A stretch of 64,000 bases of DNA from Hydrolagus colliei (GCA_035084275.1 CM068745.1:84506001-84570000); one strand, 5' to 3'; shown: positions 36,540 through 50,140, counted from the first letter of the stretch. The notes: generated by a model from the sequence alone, not told the origin. Translations and numbers: made by a program.

Positions 36540-36838
36540 CGGGAATGGGTCAGTGGAGAGCGGGGGGGGGGGGGGGGGGGGGAAAGGAAGGTGACTGATG
36601 GCACAGTCAAAGAGGGGGGTCTTGACGGAAGCAAGGGAGGGGGAAAGGCAGAGGAGTGTGGAATGTGGTTCCCGAGGTTGAAGGCGCGGACCAAACGGGG
36701 CGGGGATATGAAGCAGGAAAGCACCGCGGATCCTGGTGCGTAAGAGGACATGGGCTGCAGAGTTCTGGATGATCTGGATGTGACGTGGCTAAGATGCGCC
36801 CGGCGTGAAGGGCGCTATATAAATGCGAGTTGTTGCTG
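36540..36838. mobile_element. L2 C-terminal fragment (-) followed by an L2 tail (+)
   Basis: RAFNLGNHIP..(degenerate LWN.LP) and gcccggcgtgaagggcgctatataaatgcgagttgttg. Confidence 0.65.
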
Positions 36839-37854
36839 ACCAGCAATTAAACCAAATATCACATCCTTGTTAAAGGTTGGTATTTTATAGGTACGAGGTC
36901 TACTGAACAACTTTAGGATACGACACTAAATAAAAATAAAATATTTCTGCTTTTTTAAATATGGTTTAACAAGCCAGTGCACATCCTTGGTGTTTTGTTC
37001 GATGCTGCTTCAAATCCTTGAACATAACAATAATAATATGATTGCTGTTGGAATGTAGCAGTTTTGTGTGTGACTCTGTAACAACAGGCTTGTGCTTTTA
37101 ATTGGCTGTAGGCTGAGATAACATAATGGAAAAATACTAGCACGAGATGGAAGTTACGTGCGGTCCACGCTGACTGGACAAGGCAATTATATCATACACT
37201 GTGCTGTCTTAACTGATTGGGTCCTGTAGGACAAAGAAAGCAAACTGAGTATATAAGTTGGCTGTTTCGTTTGTAAACTCTCTCTCTGGTCGACCTACCA
37301 AGCATTGTGCCTGTACTATAACTGGGATGTAGTACTGAATAAAAATCATAAAACTCCATGGTGACTGAAGAGCATTTCATTGAGGAAACACCACGAACAC
37401 CCATTTCTTCCAAATCTAACAATTGCTTTTCTCCATCTCTCGAATCATCCATTTTCATCCCTAACTCCTGCTCACTGGAACTCCCTTCCAAAATCATCCC
37501 TCTCCCGACTTTCAAAACCTACTAAACTCTTCTCTTCGAATGTGTCTCGGGTCACATTTCTCCCTGCCCCTTCTTCCCAACTTGCTCGGTGTTCACAGAG
37601 CACTTCACAGAATATACTGTAACCTATAGTGATGGCTGCATAGTTCCAATTGAGGTAGGAGTTAGCAAAGTCATAATTCAAAATGACAGGAGTGAAAATA
37701 TAAATTTTCCATAAGAATGGACCACTTTTCAGTTACTTAAATCGCGACTACATTTTATTTTCCTTATATTAGCAAACCAAGCAATATTCTAATCACAGTC
37801 AAGACTCACACATGAATAATCCGTTGAGATAAATAAGACTCCTCCAGTACTGAC

Positions 37855-37943
37855 CTTGAATAGTCGCCAGCGTGCTATTACTCATTAATGCTGGGCTGAG
37901 AGCACCACCAAGACTCCCTGGATTCAGACTTAGTAAGGCACCT
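37855..37943 (-). CDS. POU2F1: Oct-1 penultimate exon: [29 protein letters not shown]
   Basis: tttttcAG / GTcagt; 89 nt, phase 2-1. Confidence 0.96.
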
Positions 37944-38167
37944 CTGAAAAAGTGACAATAAAATAAGTTGACTGTGTGTCGATCCACACAGTACATTTTT
38001 CAGGAGATTGCACAGAACTGAGCACCTTCCTCCTAATCCCAGACACTGCGATGAGGCTTCAAGTATAGTGTGTAACGGGCTGGGCTAATCCAAAACTGCG
38101 GCTGCACTTTTTCCGTGGAATCCACTACAAACATCCTCCTCTGCTACAAACTGTAAATGTAGTTTTA

Positions 38168-38490
38168 AATTTTCCACTTTCCCCCATATCCCTTAATACC
38201 CTGCCCTACCACAAATCTATCAACCTCACTCTTGAAGGTTTGGGTGGATCCAGCATCCTTAGCCTTTTGGGGCAGAAAATTCCAGATTTCTACCACCCTT
38301 TGGAGTGAGAAAATGCTTCCTGATTTCACTCTTAAATGGCCTGGTTCGAGTTTTAAGACTATGCCCCTTAGTTTGGATTCCCCCACCAGAGGAAATAGCT
38401 TCTCTCTATCTACCCTAACGAATCCCCTTTCTCATCTTAAACACCTCAATCAAATCACCCCTAAACCATCTAAACTTGAGAGGATGCAAC
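38168..38490 (-). mobile_element. CR1 LINE 3' fragment
   Basis: FSLQRVVEIWNFLPQKAKDAGS...FKSEVDRF...GIKGYG, a CR1 ORF2 C-terminus. Confidence 0.88.
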
Positions 38491-38654
38491 CCACGTTTAT
38501 GCTGCCTTTCCCGAGGCGTGGCACCAATCAACCCCACCCGGAAATTTTCTGCAAAGTTTGTGATAGGATCGACCTAGCCTTTCTATTCATTCAAAAGCAA
38601 AAGATAACATCAAAGTCACAATCCACCTGAGTGATGGATTGCAATCACACTTAC

Positions 38655-39033
38655 CCAGCTGCAAACTGAGGGGCTGCCATGTGGCCAGGATTGGCTAGAC
38701 CTGCAGCAGCAGCCATGGCGGCTAGGCCTGGATTGTGGGCAAGCCCAGCATTATTGGGTATCTGCGTGGCTATTCCTTGTAGCGCAGTGGCAGCTGTGTG
38801 CAGTCCGGGGGCCGATAGCATGATTTGACCCGGGCCCAGAGGGGCTATAAAGCCAGCTGAGGTTGTCTGCGTGGTATGCGTATCATTGGTGCTGGAAGCC
38901 TCCGTCACGGAGATGGATGCTGATGGCGAAGGGGTCAGGGACGGAGAAGTCACTGCCGATGTGGAAACTGACGAAGATAGGCCGGTGATTACAGAGGCTA
39001 CATTTGTTGGGACTGTCCCTGATGCAGTTGTAC
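38655..39033 (-). CDS. POU2F1: Oct-1 exon: (G)TTASGTVP...[11 protein letters not shown]...[10 protein letters not shown]...QFAA(G)
   Basis: cttttAG / GTaagt; 379 nt, phase 1-2. Confidence 0.95.
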
Positions 39034-39102
39034 CTAAAAGATCAGTGACACGTGAGAATTCTAATGTGAAATTTGATTTGTTTTTTCAAAAAAGAATTCT
39101 GA

Positions 39103-39395
39103 TAATATTTCTTGCATTTGATACAGTTCTTTTCGTGTCTTCTAGACGTCTCAAAGCGCTTCACGGAATATACTGTAAAGTGAATTGACTGTATATATGT
39201 GGGCGAAACGTGGCAGCCAATTGTGCACAGCAGTGTCCCCCACAACCAGTTGTGGATTGAAATGACCAATTTTTTTTGTGTGGGATTATTGTTAGTCATG
39301 TGGAGTAAGAAAACTTGCCCAAGGTTTCACCCTGATTGGAATTGAACCCGGGTCTCTCGCTTGTAAGACGAGTGCTCTAGCCACTGAGCTACCTC
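39103..39395 (-). mobile_element. Full-length tRNA-derived SINE (short variant)
   Basis: Head, body and tail all recognisable. Confidence 0.92.
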
Positions 39396-39747
39396 CACGA
39401 CTGATGATAAGATATAAGAATAATTTACTTGAGATGAAGAAAAAGAAAACAGTTGCTTGATTCAGATTTTTTTCAAGAATTAACAATGCGATATCACCTT
39501 GGCTCCTTCACCGATTTTAAAATCGCAGTCATTTCACACAGACGCAGATCAAAGGCAAATTATGTTAAGACTATGCAAAATGTAGTGAAGAAAAACACAA
39601 TTACTGCTGTCACTTTACTTAATTCTAAAATGGATTAAAACATAATCGTCAATCAATCAAGCAACAACGTAAGAACTTTTGTTCGAACAACGTCACACGA
39701 TTTCTTAAGCTGTCATCTATAGTATGTTTAAGTATCCAACAACGTAC

Positions 39748-39856
39748 CTGAAATGCTGAAGCTGGTTACACCAGCACTGGATACAGGCATCTGCAATGCA
39801 TTTACAGCCAGAGTAGTTGGTGTACTACTTGACACGAGGTTACTAGTGCTGGCCAC
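39748..39856 (-). CDS. POU2F1: Oct-1 exon: VASTSNLVSSSTPTTLAVNALQMPVSSAGVTSFSIS(G)
   Basis: ttttaatAG / GTacgt; 109 nt, phase 0-1; S/T-rich. Confidence 0.9.
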
Positions 39857-40664
39857 CTATTAAAAATAGGTCAAAAATCAAGATACAAAATCTAGCCATT
39901 TAACCAACACACAATATTAATCTGTAGCACACGACATAATATAACTACACACTATCTTAACCCATGATCATTTTTTTAAAAAAAAATTGAGAGGTTAATC
40001 TCAAAGACACGGTAGATTTTGAGACTGGTGCGAGGAAGCAACTGTGTTTTGCTCCTGTGTTTTTTTTACAACACAGCATCGTGTGTACCAGTTTAAAGCG
40101 TCTATAAGTCGTGTGTCGAGGCAATCTGGTGTAGGAATGCGTGACATTCTAAATGAACAAGTCTTGATTAGACCAAATAACACCCTGATTCATAGGCAGA
40201 ATTCTTACTCCGTTGCTGCAAGTGGTCAGAAGATACAAGTCCTTGAAAACAAAAATAATAATCAGTTTCATTTCCACATAATCAAACTAAGTAATGAAGC
40301 GCTTTGATTCCAGTGTACTTTCTACTGAAGCTTGCGACACTGTGTTAATGATGGTGGAATGCACTGGAATATATTGTATGCTTTTTTATCAAATTTTAAA
40401 AAAAGAAACATTTGAGGACCAATTTATTGATTTGAGGTTCTCGATTCCCAGCAGACAATGATGTGATAATGTCAATTCACAGCACCGAGCACTATTGGCT
40501 GAAATCGGGCAATAAAAATGGTTTTCAGCCCAAATATACTGCTCACAGGCGAAACTATAACAAAACTATTTTGTATGGTTACTAAAGTTTAGAATAAGTA
40601 AAGTGTAATAAAGCTAAATTAAAATCAACTGTTTAAAATATTTCAATGTAACCCTCCCTACCTC

Positions 40665-40930
40665 TGTGACCTGCTAGCTCCATACCAGCCTACTCACTCT
40701 GCCCAGCGGGCTCTGGCCAGCTCATTTTCCTTGCCCTGCCCCATCCCACTGTCGGCAGTCTGGCCTTCAGCCTTTCTGCCCCTCTCTCTCTTTGAAACTA
40801 AATCCCACAGTAGACTCACCTCATCCTCTCCCTTGCCCCCTTCAAGACCCGTCTCAAGACACGCATCTTTGACTCTGCCTTCAGACACCTTCCTTCCCCT
40901 GCCCCCTGCCCATTGTCACCTCTCCTGATC
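40665..40930 (+). mobile_element. Decayed L2 ORF2 C-terminal fragment
   Basis: cctacctctgtgacctgct..ccttcaagacccgtctcaagacac..tttgactctgccttc. Confidence 0.7.
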
Positions 40931-41914
40931 CCAACCTACAGCTCAGATGCAAGTTGTTCACTGTGCAGTGCCTTGAGAAGTCCTCCCGACTTGAAAGCTG
41001 CAATTCAAATGAGTTTTGTTGTTGGATAGAATACAGGCTGTCATCTCTTGTGGCGATCCTTCTCACAAGCGTACCTTCACGTTCACAATATTTCTGACTT
41101 TTCCCCATTTAGTTAATAGTAACTTGGTCACTGGTTCCATTATATTTTATTCTCTTATTTATCACAACCTCCGCCCATGTTATCCTGATCACTATTCTCT
41201 ACTCACTGGAAGAAGTGTAGAATTGTCAAACTGTACTACTCCAACTGATTTCCCCCTTAACTGCAAACAAATTATGCACAAACACTGTTGAATACTTGAT
41301 GCTCTAGTTCCATGTGGATCATTTCACAATGAGTAATAACTCTTGCCTTTATATGGAATCAACATCACAGAAACATCTAAAAGCGTGTCATTAGTAAGTG
41401 CTGTCAAATGCAACGACTGTCTAATTATAGCCAAACTCAGAAGCCATTAGCCGCTCTAGTCACCCCTTTTTGCAGCACCAATCAGGGCTGGTCTTGATAT
41501 GGCCTCTTCTACCAATTTTATTCTATGAAGAGCTTTGAGGTGTTTCGAAGACATGAACAGGTGCTATATCAAATGCAAGGATTATTATTATCAAATCATT
41601 TTACACTAACAGCCAAAATATTTTCTTCGTAGTGTGAAAGTTTAGGATCATTGATGTTGGGAGTGTTTGCAACATCTATCTGGCCTATAGTTTAGGCATG
41701 TATCATTCCACGTGGACTGGTAATCTTTTTGGTGGATATGTTTAGCTTGATACAATGAAACTGCAATGATTATTCCTTGCTCTGCTGCATATCTGGTCGT
41801 AACTTTTTTTAACCTTAAGTGTGGATTTCTCATCCTGTGTGTCATGACTTCACAGTTCTTACAAAGTGACAAAGAGGGTTTTATGGCATATTCCAGGAGG
41901 GGCTTTACATAGGC

Positions 41915-42120
41915 CAGTAAACCAAGGTCCTGTCTGCTCGTTCAGGTGGATGTTAAAGAACCCACGATACTTCAATCCTCCAGTTAAAATTAATCATTCA
42001 CTCATTGTGGTGGTTTGTAGGACATGGCTACACACAAATTGGTTGCAGCGTTCACCTATAGTCACTATATTTTACAATAATTACAGTGAAACACTGAGAT
42101 GTTGTGATACGATGAGACAC
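41915..42120 (+). mobile_element. Older DeuSINE (SacSINE1-like) remnant
   Basis: taaaccaaggtcctgtctgctcgttcaggtggatgttaaagaaccc and aaattggttgcagcgttc resemble the Deu domain as recalled. Confidence 0.6.
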
Positions 42121-42408
42121 TAGGGTCCGTCAATATGGAAATTTTCCGATTTAGATATATCGATGGGCTCAAATTGAGATATAACGAAATATCGATATTT
42201 TCGGTTTTTTCATACTGCGCATGCGCGCGCGCATTCGGGGCCTATCTCCTCAGGAGGTAAATATATTTCTCTCTCTGTGTCTCTCACTCTCTCCATCTCT
42301 GTGTTTTTCTGTCTGTGTCTCTCTCACATCCCCCCCATCTCTATCTAGCTATATATTATCACATCCACCCCGTCTCTCCCCCCACCCCCACCCCGCCGTC
42401 TCTCTCTT
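42121..42408 (+). mobile_element. Truncated second copy of the hAT MITE (left end only)
   Basis: Aligns by eye with about 35708-36060, including the TAGGGTCCGTC TIR. Confidence 0.88.
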
Positions 42409-42864
42409 GATATTGAGAGGAGAGACTGAGCATGGAACATTTCGGATTTTCCAAAAAACGTATTTTAACAAGAAAAATCGTACTGCCGTATTTACTTCAA
42501 TACGGCAAAAACGTACTGGTTGGCAGCTCTGTTTAAGCTATAATACATTTTTCAAAATATAATGTGACCAGGTTTAATAATTCTCCAGTAACATAACTGT
42601 TTCATATATTCAGTCTGTTTTCTCAAGACTCTCCTTTAAAGTAACACTTTAAAGCTGTAGAAATATTATGGAAGAGACCGCATACTGTGCTATTCTTGAT
42701 TTGCTGTAGGTAAAAATATAGATGTTTGGCAGAGTGCCATAAAAAAAACCATAGAAAGATCTTTAAAATTCTGCTTGTACACCTAGAGTTTCTTTTTGGT
42801 AATTTGCTTTCACTGAAGATATCCAATCAGGCAAACCTAGTGGACATTCTTGGAATCTTTCCCT

Positions 42865-43127
42865 GCTTTCTCCGCTCCCACCCTGTGGAATTCCATCCCC
42901 CAACCCCTCCGCCTTGTTTCCTCCCTTTCCTCTTTCAAGGCCAATTTGAAGACTTTCCTTTTCGACCGTGCCTTCTGTTCCCTCCCTAATTCTTCGACCG
43001 CCCCTACGTTTCTTACCCCCTCCCGAACACTTCCCTGCCAGCTCGGGTCACACGTCTCCTGTGTAGCGCCTCGGGACGTCCTCCCGACGTAAAAGGCGCT
43101 TTATAAATGCAATTTGTTGTTGTTGAT
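42865..43127 (+). mobile_element. L2 (family A) 3' end
   Basis: AFSAPTLWNSIPQPLRLVSSLSSFKANLKTFLFDRAF, then tail and (gtt)n. Confidence 0.92.
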
Positions 43128-45653
43128 GTTTGCAGCCACAAACCTCAGATATTTTGAACGTACTATTTAGTCAATAGTACATCAAATTACACATATTTAT
43201 TCTGTATTTGGCTAAAAAATATTTTGTTAAAAAAATTAAATATTAACTCTCATCTCGCTTTGATATCTTCTCTTCAATTAGATTCATATGGAACTCATGA
43301 AATTTGACCAGCATCCCAAAGGCCCTAGAGTTAATTAATAATAATCATTTTATTCTATGTAAAATAAATCTTGGTTACTAAATTAATTCTGTGCAAAGAT
43401 CCTGCAGCCTCATTGTGCAAAGAACTCATATTCATCACCTTACCATATTGACTGTGCATTGACTTATTCCTAGGTAAAAACAGCAGCCGTTTACATCAGC
43501 AAGATTCCAACAATGAGCCAGAGGTTGAATGCCAAATTAATCTGGATGTTTGTTAAGCTAACACCACGAGAGAAATAAGTTTCACTTTTGGAGCAGAGTC
43601 ATGAGATCTGCCTTGTGAGATCCTGGTCTGTTCAGGCAAACCGATCCTCAAATATTCTTTGTGAAAAATTGAACAAGTGCGATAGTTTGTCAATCAGGCC
43701 GAACCTTAATTTAAGCAACATGTGAAAATAACTTCCAGTTGTCTCTTGATAATTTTTGATGGTGTAACTTGACAGTGTGGCTTAAGTTCCCCACTCTACA
43801 GTTTAACTTTTTATTCTATTGGATCTTGTTAGCAAATTTTCTTTTAAAATCACCACTACATCAATTCTACTCCTGATGTAGCAGGTCTTGTTGTTGTCTG
43901 CTACGAACAAAAAAACGGAATGTGTGATTTTAATAGAAAAATCCAGTGGAACACCAGAATACAGCATCTGGTCTGATCGAACCTTCACTGGGGTAAAAGT
44001 GTCTGACATGACCATAAATGGAAATTCTACAGAGGAGATTGTATCTCAATAGCCATCACTCTGTCTGGGGCAATGTGCCATAATTCTCCTTTCTTTCACA
44101 GAAAGTCTGTACATAGTAGTAAAACCAAGTGCAAAATCCCCTTTCTGGTGGTCATTATGGTTCAAGACTCTAGCTCTTCATCTTTGATGTCACCATAGGG
44201 GATCAGATGAGGTGAAAAGGAACTTCCTTGGCCTAATGAGTGCCATAGAGTCCTGTGTTCTAGAACAGCATCAGATGAATGTTGGATTAATGTTATGGTG
44301 TTGTACAGACATTCACAATAATGTGCAGAAATAAGAGCGTTGTTGTGCCAATAATAATACTGCCGTTGCCATTGGCTAATTTATCTCTAAACTGTTAGCC
44401 TGTAAAGTGGTATGGCAATTTAATGCAAGGATTATTATGATGATACGGTAATGATGCAGGTTAATTTAGAGATAGCAATGAAAGCACACACAACTAACTT
44501 ACGCGTTTTGGTACTGCAGTCCAAATGGTCTTATACTAGGTGTCAGAAACATACACTACGTGGCCTCGAAGAAGTCAAGAAACACCCACAGAGGACTTGG
44601 CATCCTTATTTAGTTGTAAAGAGGATGAAAGGTGTTAGGGCGGGAGATGTATATGTGCTTCTACTTTCTGGAGTCAATGAGTTACAAGTTGCAATAAAAA
44701 ACTTCCTGTTTTGATTATTTTTGCTTATGGAGGATAAGATAAGGTTTCTTTATCTGTGAGAAATTTGATGAAACTCGGAGGTCGAGTAAACAACCAAAGT
44801 TGAAAAGAGCAGCAGAAAATAAGGTAAGTGTGACCCAAATTTTGTGACCCAAAGAAGTGCTTTGACAATTGTCAATATTGGGTTTCAAATGTCTACAGAT
44901 TGTAGGATAAAATAAAGAATGAGGGAAGCAAAAAAAAGTTGTGGAGGGAGGTCGATAGGTTTTGTACAACAAAGTGAGGGGAGCACATTCAGACTTATTT
45001 GAAATTGCACTATGTGAAGCAATGACTAACAGGAATTCAGCTGAATGCACATTTTGGAAAGCATGTTGTGGGATATGAGTCAGAAGATACCTTACTCAAA
45101 ATTTCAATATCGTGAAGGAAAATTTGCAGGAAGACAGTTAATGTTCTTTATAGGTTCATCAGAATTCAACAATGTGATCTCAAGGTCTCACTTTCGTCTA
45201 GAGAGGGGACTAAATAAAACTTTTAAGGAATTGCATGAAACTAACATAATTTACTCTACTCTCTGTATAGCATGATGATAAAAAAATATCCATTCACAAC
45301 ATTGGATATGTAAGAAAGTGCTTGGATACCTAGAGAAAACAGTCTTCAGCATCAATCTTCACAAATAAAATATTGCCCTGAATCTTTCAGGGTTCCGTTA
45401 GTGTGCAGTATACCCAATGTGAATAATCCATGTTTCCGTGAGCAGGTTTTGTATTCCGTGTCTATATATCACCAATTTGGCCTAAAATCTTGATTTAACT
45501 TTTTGTTGCTGGACGGCTCAAGTTAATAATTTCTACGGATATGTGCAGATGGCACAGCGGAAAGCACTTAGGAAAATCAACTGTTAAAAATGGCCGTAAG
45601 TATATTTGCTAAGCATTGGCTGAGACGAGATTACACGTATATGTTCTCCTTAC

Positions 45654-45833
45654 CATGGCGGTGGGGCTGTGAAACATTGGTTTGGTAGAAGCGGTAGAGC
45701 TGCTGTTGCTGCTGGGCGGATTAATCCGTTTCTCTTTCTGGCGCCTGTTACAGAACCAGACACGGATCACTTCCTTCTCCATCTGCAGCTGGTCGGCAAT
45801 CATCATGATCTCCTCCGAGGTAGGCTTTTGGTT
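45654..45833 (-). CDS. POU2F1: Oct-1 homeodomain exon: [42 protein letters not shown]...PTAM
   Basis: gtttcAG / GTaagg; 180 nt; [11 protein letters not shown] recognition helix. Confidence 0.98.
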
Positions 45834-46948
45834 CTGAAACAATGGACAATGTTGTTTTGCAACTGTTGGAATAACATTTGCTTAGGACTTTGCAGCCCCC
45901 AAGAAGACTGTCAAACTTTGGCTGGTCACCATGCACTTGTCTTAGTGCACAAATTAAGTACCAAATTACATGAAAACTGGATGTGGCCTTGATGAGTTGG
46001 TACCTGGAGTGTTACGGCATAAGGTATTTCTCTCCCCATTTCAAAAGGAGTCAGTTGTTGCAAGGAATGGAGCCTGTTGGTATTTTGTTTATGTTTTTAG
46101 GGGTGGGGGGAGGAGGGGGGGGGAGAGGGGGAAGAGAAAGAGGGAGAAAGGGGGGCAACTAGATAAATTCCAGGAGTTGTAAGCAGAGCTATAAGGTGAG
46201 ATTGGCAATTTTAGACTTTCTCCCTAATAATACAGGTGACTGTTATATTTAAGACAATGAAATGTTTGAAAAGAGGAATGGATTGTGGCTTCCAAGAAAG
46301 GTCGGAATAATTGGTGAACAAACTATACAGTCTCAGGATATTCCACGTAAGTGTAACAAAAGAAAGTAATTCAGTTGTGCAATGGAGGTGCAGGTAGGTG
46401 AACTGTCCCAATGTATAGTTTGGTCCGATGTATTGAGTTGACAAAGCAGAATAAACCAAAATGCCTGGATTCAGATTTCTGATGCCCTGTGCCTCATGCG
46501 TTATTTTAGTCTTTCAGATCGGGACTAGGGCTCACCTTATCGACCTCTTGTCCATTTTCTTCATATTGTGAAAATAAAGTAAAATTAGCAAGACAAAATA
46601 TTAGAAATGGGATAGGACCATTCTAAATGCATAACTGTGGAACAAAGGGATTAGTGATATTCCACAAGATTTTAAACATCATATTTGTTTGCAGCCGATT
46701 TCTCATTTCAGGCCTTGTTTAGAACTCAGAATTATTGATTTCGGGAACAAAGGAAGCTATAAAAAAAATGGCAAAACCACAACCACATTTTGACTTTTGT
46801 TGCTCTAGCTGGATTCAAAGAAATAGCAATAGGTTGATTTAAATGAACTGTACAAACATGAAGTTAATTTGGTGTCATCTCCCAAACAAGACATTTATTC
46901 CAAAGCAGTTTTATTCTGTGTCAGTCTATTTCACAGCCTATGACTGAC

Positions 46949-47094
46949 CTCCAGGAAACTCTTTTCTAAGGCCACTCGAACATTGGTCTCTATGCTGGTG
47001 CGTTTCTTTCTCCTGCGGCTCAGCCCTTCAATTCCCAGACCCGGAGAATTCAGGGAACTAGGACTCGACAGCGCAGAGTCTACTGACAAATTTT
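46949..47094 (-). CDS. POU2F1: Oct-1 linker + homeodomain start: (E)[48 protein letters not shown]
   Basis: ttgcacAG / GTcagt; 146 nt, phase 1-0; linker is Oct-1-type. Confidence 0.97.
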
Positions 47095-47213
47095 CTGTGC
47101 AAACACAAATGTTTGAAAAAGTAAGAACGATGTATTTGAACTATTGATATATGCATACATTTTCACTTAAAGGTACATTAGTAATGCAAATAGTTTTGAA
47201 TGTGACATGACAT

Positions 47214-47563
47214 AATAATACTCCTTGCATTTGATATAGCGCTTTATCACTTTTTCCAAGACGTCTCAAAGCGCTTCAAAGAATATCCTATAAAGTGACT
47301 TGTCGGTATATTTTGTGGGTGAAACATGGCAAACAATTCCGCACAGCAAAGAGTCATGGATTAAGCGACCAAATTATTATTATTATTGGAGGGATTAACA
47401 CCCTCAGAAAACCAATCCGCCAATCGACTAAAAGCCGGGTTCCTCCTTACTGGTAGGTAACAGAGCGCAACAAAACTTGCCCAGTGTTTCACCCTGCTGG
47501 GAATCAAACCCAATTCCTCTAGCTTGCAAGCAAGTGCGCTAAATACTAAGGTGCAAGACTCCA
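47214..47563 (-). mobile_element. SINE long variant (second tail fragment at about 47605-47725)
   Basis: SINE tail/body/head plus internal segment shared with 1282-1611 and 53474-53733. Confidence 0.85.
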
Positions 47564-47816
47564 ATATATAAGCATTCAGATCATTATGCCAATATAATTA
47601 TCACAATAATAATAATCCTTGCATTTGATATAAGGCCGTATCGTGTCATTGAGAGGTTTCAAAGCACTTTACAGGATATACTGTAAAGTGGATTGACTGT
47701 GTGTTTTGTAGGTGAAACGCGCAAATTGTAAAAACTCTTGACTGGAATACAAATATTTAAGCTTATATATTTAAGCCCCAAGAAAGTGAGCATAGGAAGA
47801 AAATACTGATTCAGAC

Positions 47817-47958
47817 CTGCATCGTTCAACCACTTTTCAAGCAATGGTTTGAGCTTGCACATGTTCTTAAAACTGAGGTTCAAGGCTTCAAAACGAGAGA
47901 TCGTAGTTTGGCTGAAGTCATTCCCATAGAGTTTTCCCATGGCAAGCCCTACATCACC
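47817..47958 (-). CDS. POU2F1: Oct-1 POU-specific domain exon: [47 protein letters not shown]
   Basis: ttgccAG / GTctga; 142 nt, phase 0-1; canonical class II POU-S sequence. Confidence 0.98.
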
Positions 47959-48092
47959 CTGGCAAGAAACATGAAGAAAGAAAGAATTTGAACTTTAACA
48001 TTGTGCTTTAGAAGTAGACTTTACATCACTAGAATCAAGTACCTTGGGAGTATCACGACTAAAATCTACCAATCATTGGTGAATTCAGATAC

Positions 48093-50140
48093 TGCAACAA
48101 CAACAACAACAAATTACATTTATAGAGCGCCTTTCACGTCGGGAGGACGTCCCAAGGCGTTGCACAGGAGGTGTGTGACCCGAGCTGGGAGGGGAATGTT
48201 TGGGAAGTGGTGAAACACTAAGGGGAGGTAAAAGAGTTCGGGGTGGAACAGAAGGCACGATCGAAAAGGAAAGTCTTCAAACCGGCCTTGAAAGAGGAAA
48301 GGGAAGAGAGGAAACGGAGGGATTGAGGGATGGCATTCCAAAGGGTGGGAGCGGAGAAACTGAAAGCCCGGCCTCCGATGGTGGGGCGGTTCGGGCGGGG
48401 GGCTTGGAGCAGGCCAAGTCCTGATGAACGGAGGGTCCGGATGGGCGTGTAGGGGGAGAGTAGATTGGTTAAGTAGGGTGGGGCAAGACCGTGTAAGGCC
48501 TTGTAGGTGAGGACGAGGATCTTGAACTCGATCCTCTGGAGGATGGGGAGCCAGTGGAGATGGGCGAGGGTGGGGAGAGAATTTCCGTAGTCCAGCCGTG
48601 AGGTGATGTACGCGTGCACGAGTGTTTCGGCAGCGTGGGGGGTAAGATAGTTGCAGAGCCTGGCAATGTTGCGCAGGTGGAAATAGGCGGTGCCGGTCAA
48701 GGCGCGGATGTGGGGGAGGAAGGAAAGTTTTTGATCGAACATGATGCCGAGGTTCCTGATTGGCTTTGTGAGGTGAGAGTGCAGCCTTGGATGTTGAGGC
48801 TGGCAGCGCCCGATGTGCGGAGGCGCTGGCTTGAGCCAATCAGGAGGGCCTCGGTCTTACTCACGTACAATTGCAAAAAGTTGTCCCTCGTCCACGACTC
48901 GATGTCGGACAGACATGCTGTCAGAACATCGATCGTCTGGGGGTTGAGGGATGAGGCAGAAAGGTACAACTGGGTGTCGTCCGCATACATGTGGAAATTT
49001 ACCCCATGTTTGCGGATAACGTCGCCCAGAGGGAGCGTGTAAAGGGTGAAAAGGAGGGGACCGAGGACAGAGCCCTGGGGGACGCCGTGAGAAACTGTGC
49101 GGGGGTTTGAAGAAAAACCATTGGAGGAAACAAAGTGTAAACGGTGGGTCAAATAAGAATGGAACCAGTCAAGGACTGTGCCTTGAAGGTTGAGGTGGGA
49201 GGAAAGACGTTGGAGGAGGACGGTGTGATCGACTGTGTCGAACGCAGCAGACAGGTCAAGGAGGACGAGGAGGCAGAGGGAGCCCTGGTCACAGGCGGTT
49301 AGGATGTCATTTGTGACCTTGACCAGGGCAGTTTCTGTGCTGTGGATAGTGCGGAAACCTGATTGGAGGGGTTCAAGAAGTGAGTGAGTTGAAAGGAAAG
49401 AGCGGAGCTGGGAGGCAACCACTCTTTCAAGGACCTTGGATAGAAACGGGAGGTTGGAGATGGGTCGATAGCTTGATGGTTGCGACGCATCAAGGGAGGG
49501 TTTCTTCAGGATAGGGGTGATGGTGGCTGTTTTAAGGGAGGTGGGGACGGTACCTGAGGAGAGGGAAAGGTTAATGGTGTCAGAAATGAGCGGGGCTAAC
49601 AAATGGAGCTGGGTGCGGAGGAGGGGGGTGGGGATGGGGTCCAATGAGCTTGTGATGGGTTTCATGGAGGTGATTGTTTTTGTGACTGAAAGCGGGGTGG
49701 TGGGGTTGAAAGTGTGAAATGGGGGGTGAGTAGGGGTTGAGGTAGCTGATGAGGGCGCGGAGGTGGAGGAGTGGTGGGGGGAGGAAACCGCAGAGCGGAT
49801 TTTCTCAATTTTGGACTCGAGGAAGTCCAGCATCTCCTCACAACGAACGTTTGAGGAGAGGATCTGCGAGGTGAGGCGGGGGGGGGCGGAGGAGCTGGTT
49901 GTTGGTGGCGAAGAGGAGGCGGTGGTTGTCCTTCGCTTCCACGATTATCCTGGAGTAGAAGGCTGATTTGGCGGTGGTTAGGGCGGAGCGGTAAAATTTG
50001 ATGCGGTCCAGCCAGATTTGCCGGTGGACCGTGAGGCCAGATTTGAGCCAGGTGCGGTCAGCTGCTCTCACTTGGCTTTTGAGGGAACGGAGGTGAGTTG
50101 TGTACCACGGTGATGATCGGGAATGGGATTGCTGCAGGGT
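48093..50140 (-). mobile_element. 5'-truncated L2 LINE (about 2 kb) with reverse-transcriptase domain; frameshifted, non-functional
   Basis: [51 protein letters not shown]; 3' tail and (gtt)n; frameshifts near 49835 and 48740. Confidence 0.96.

Noticed and set aside
38871-39188. Antisense ORFs over POU2F1 exons and the L2 (e.g. 38871+, 45669+, 48200+, 48614+)
   Set aside because: Shadows of coding sequence on the opposite strand.
42121-42531. Single composite transposon with two different ends
   Set aside because: Flanks tgagacac and tttaagct do not form a TSD.
47184-47191. Octamer ATGCAAAT (also ATTTGCAT at 18751) as Oct-1 autoregulatory sites
   Set aside because: Two noticed hits are no more than expected by chance in 64 kb of AT-rich DNA.
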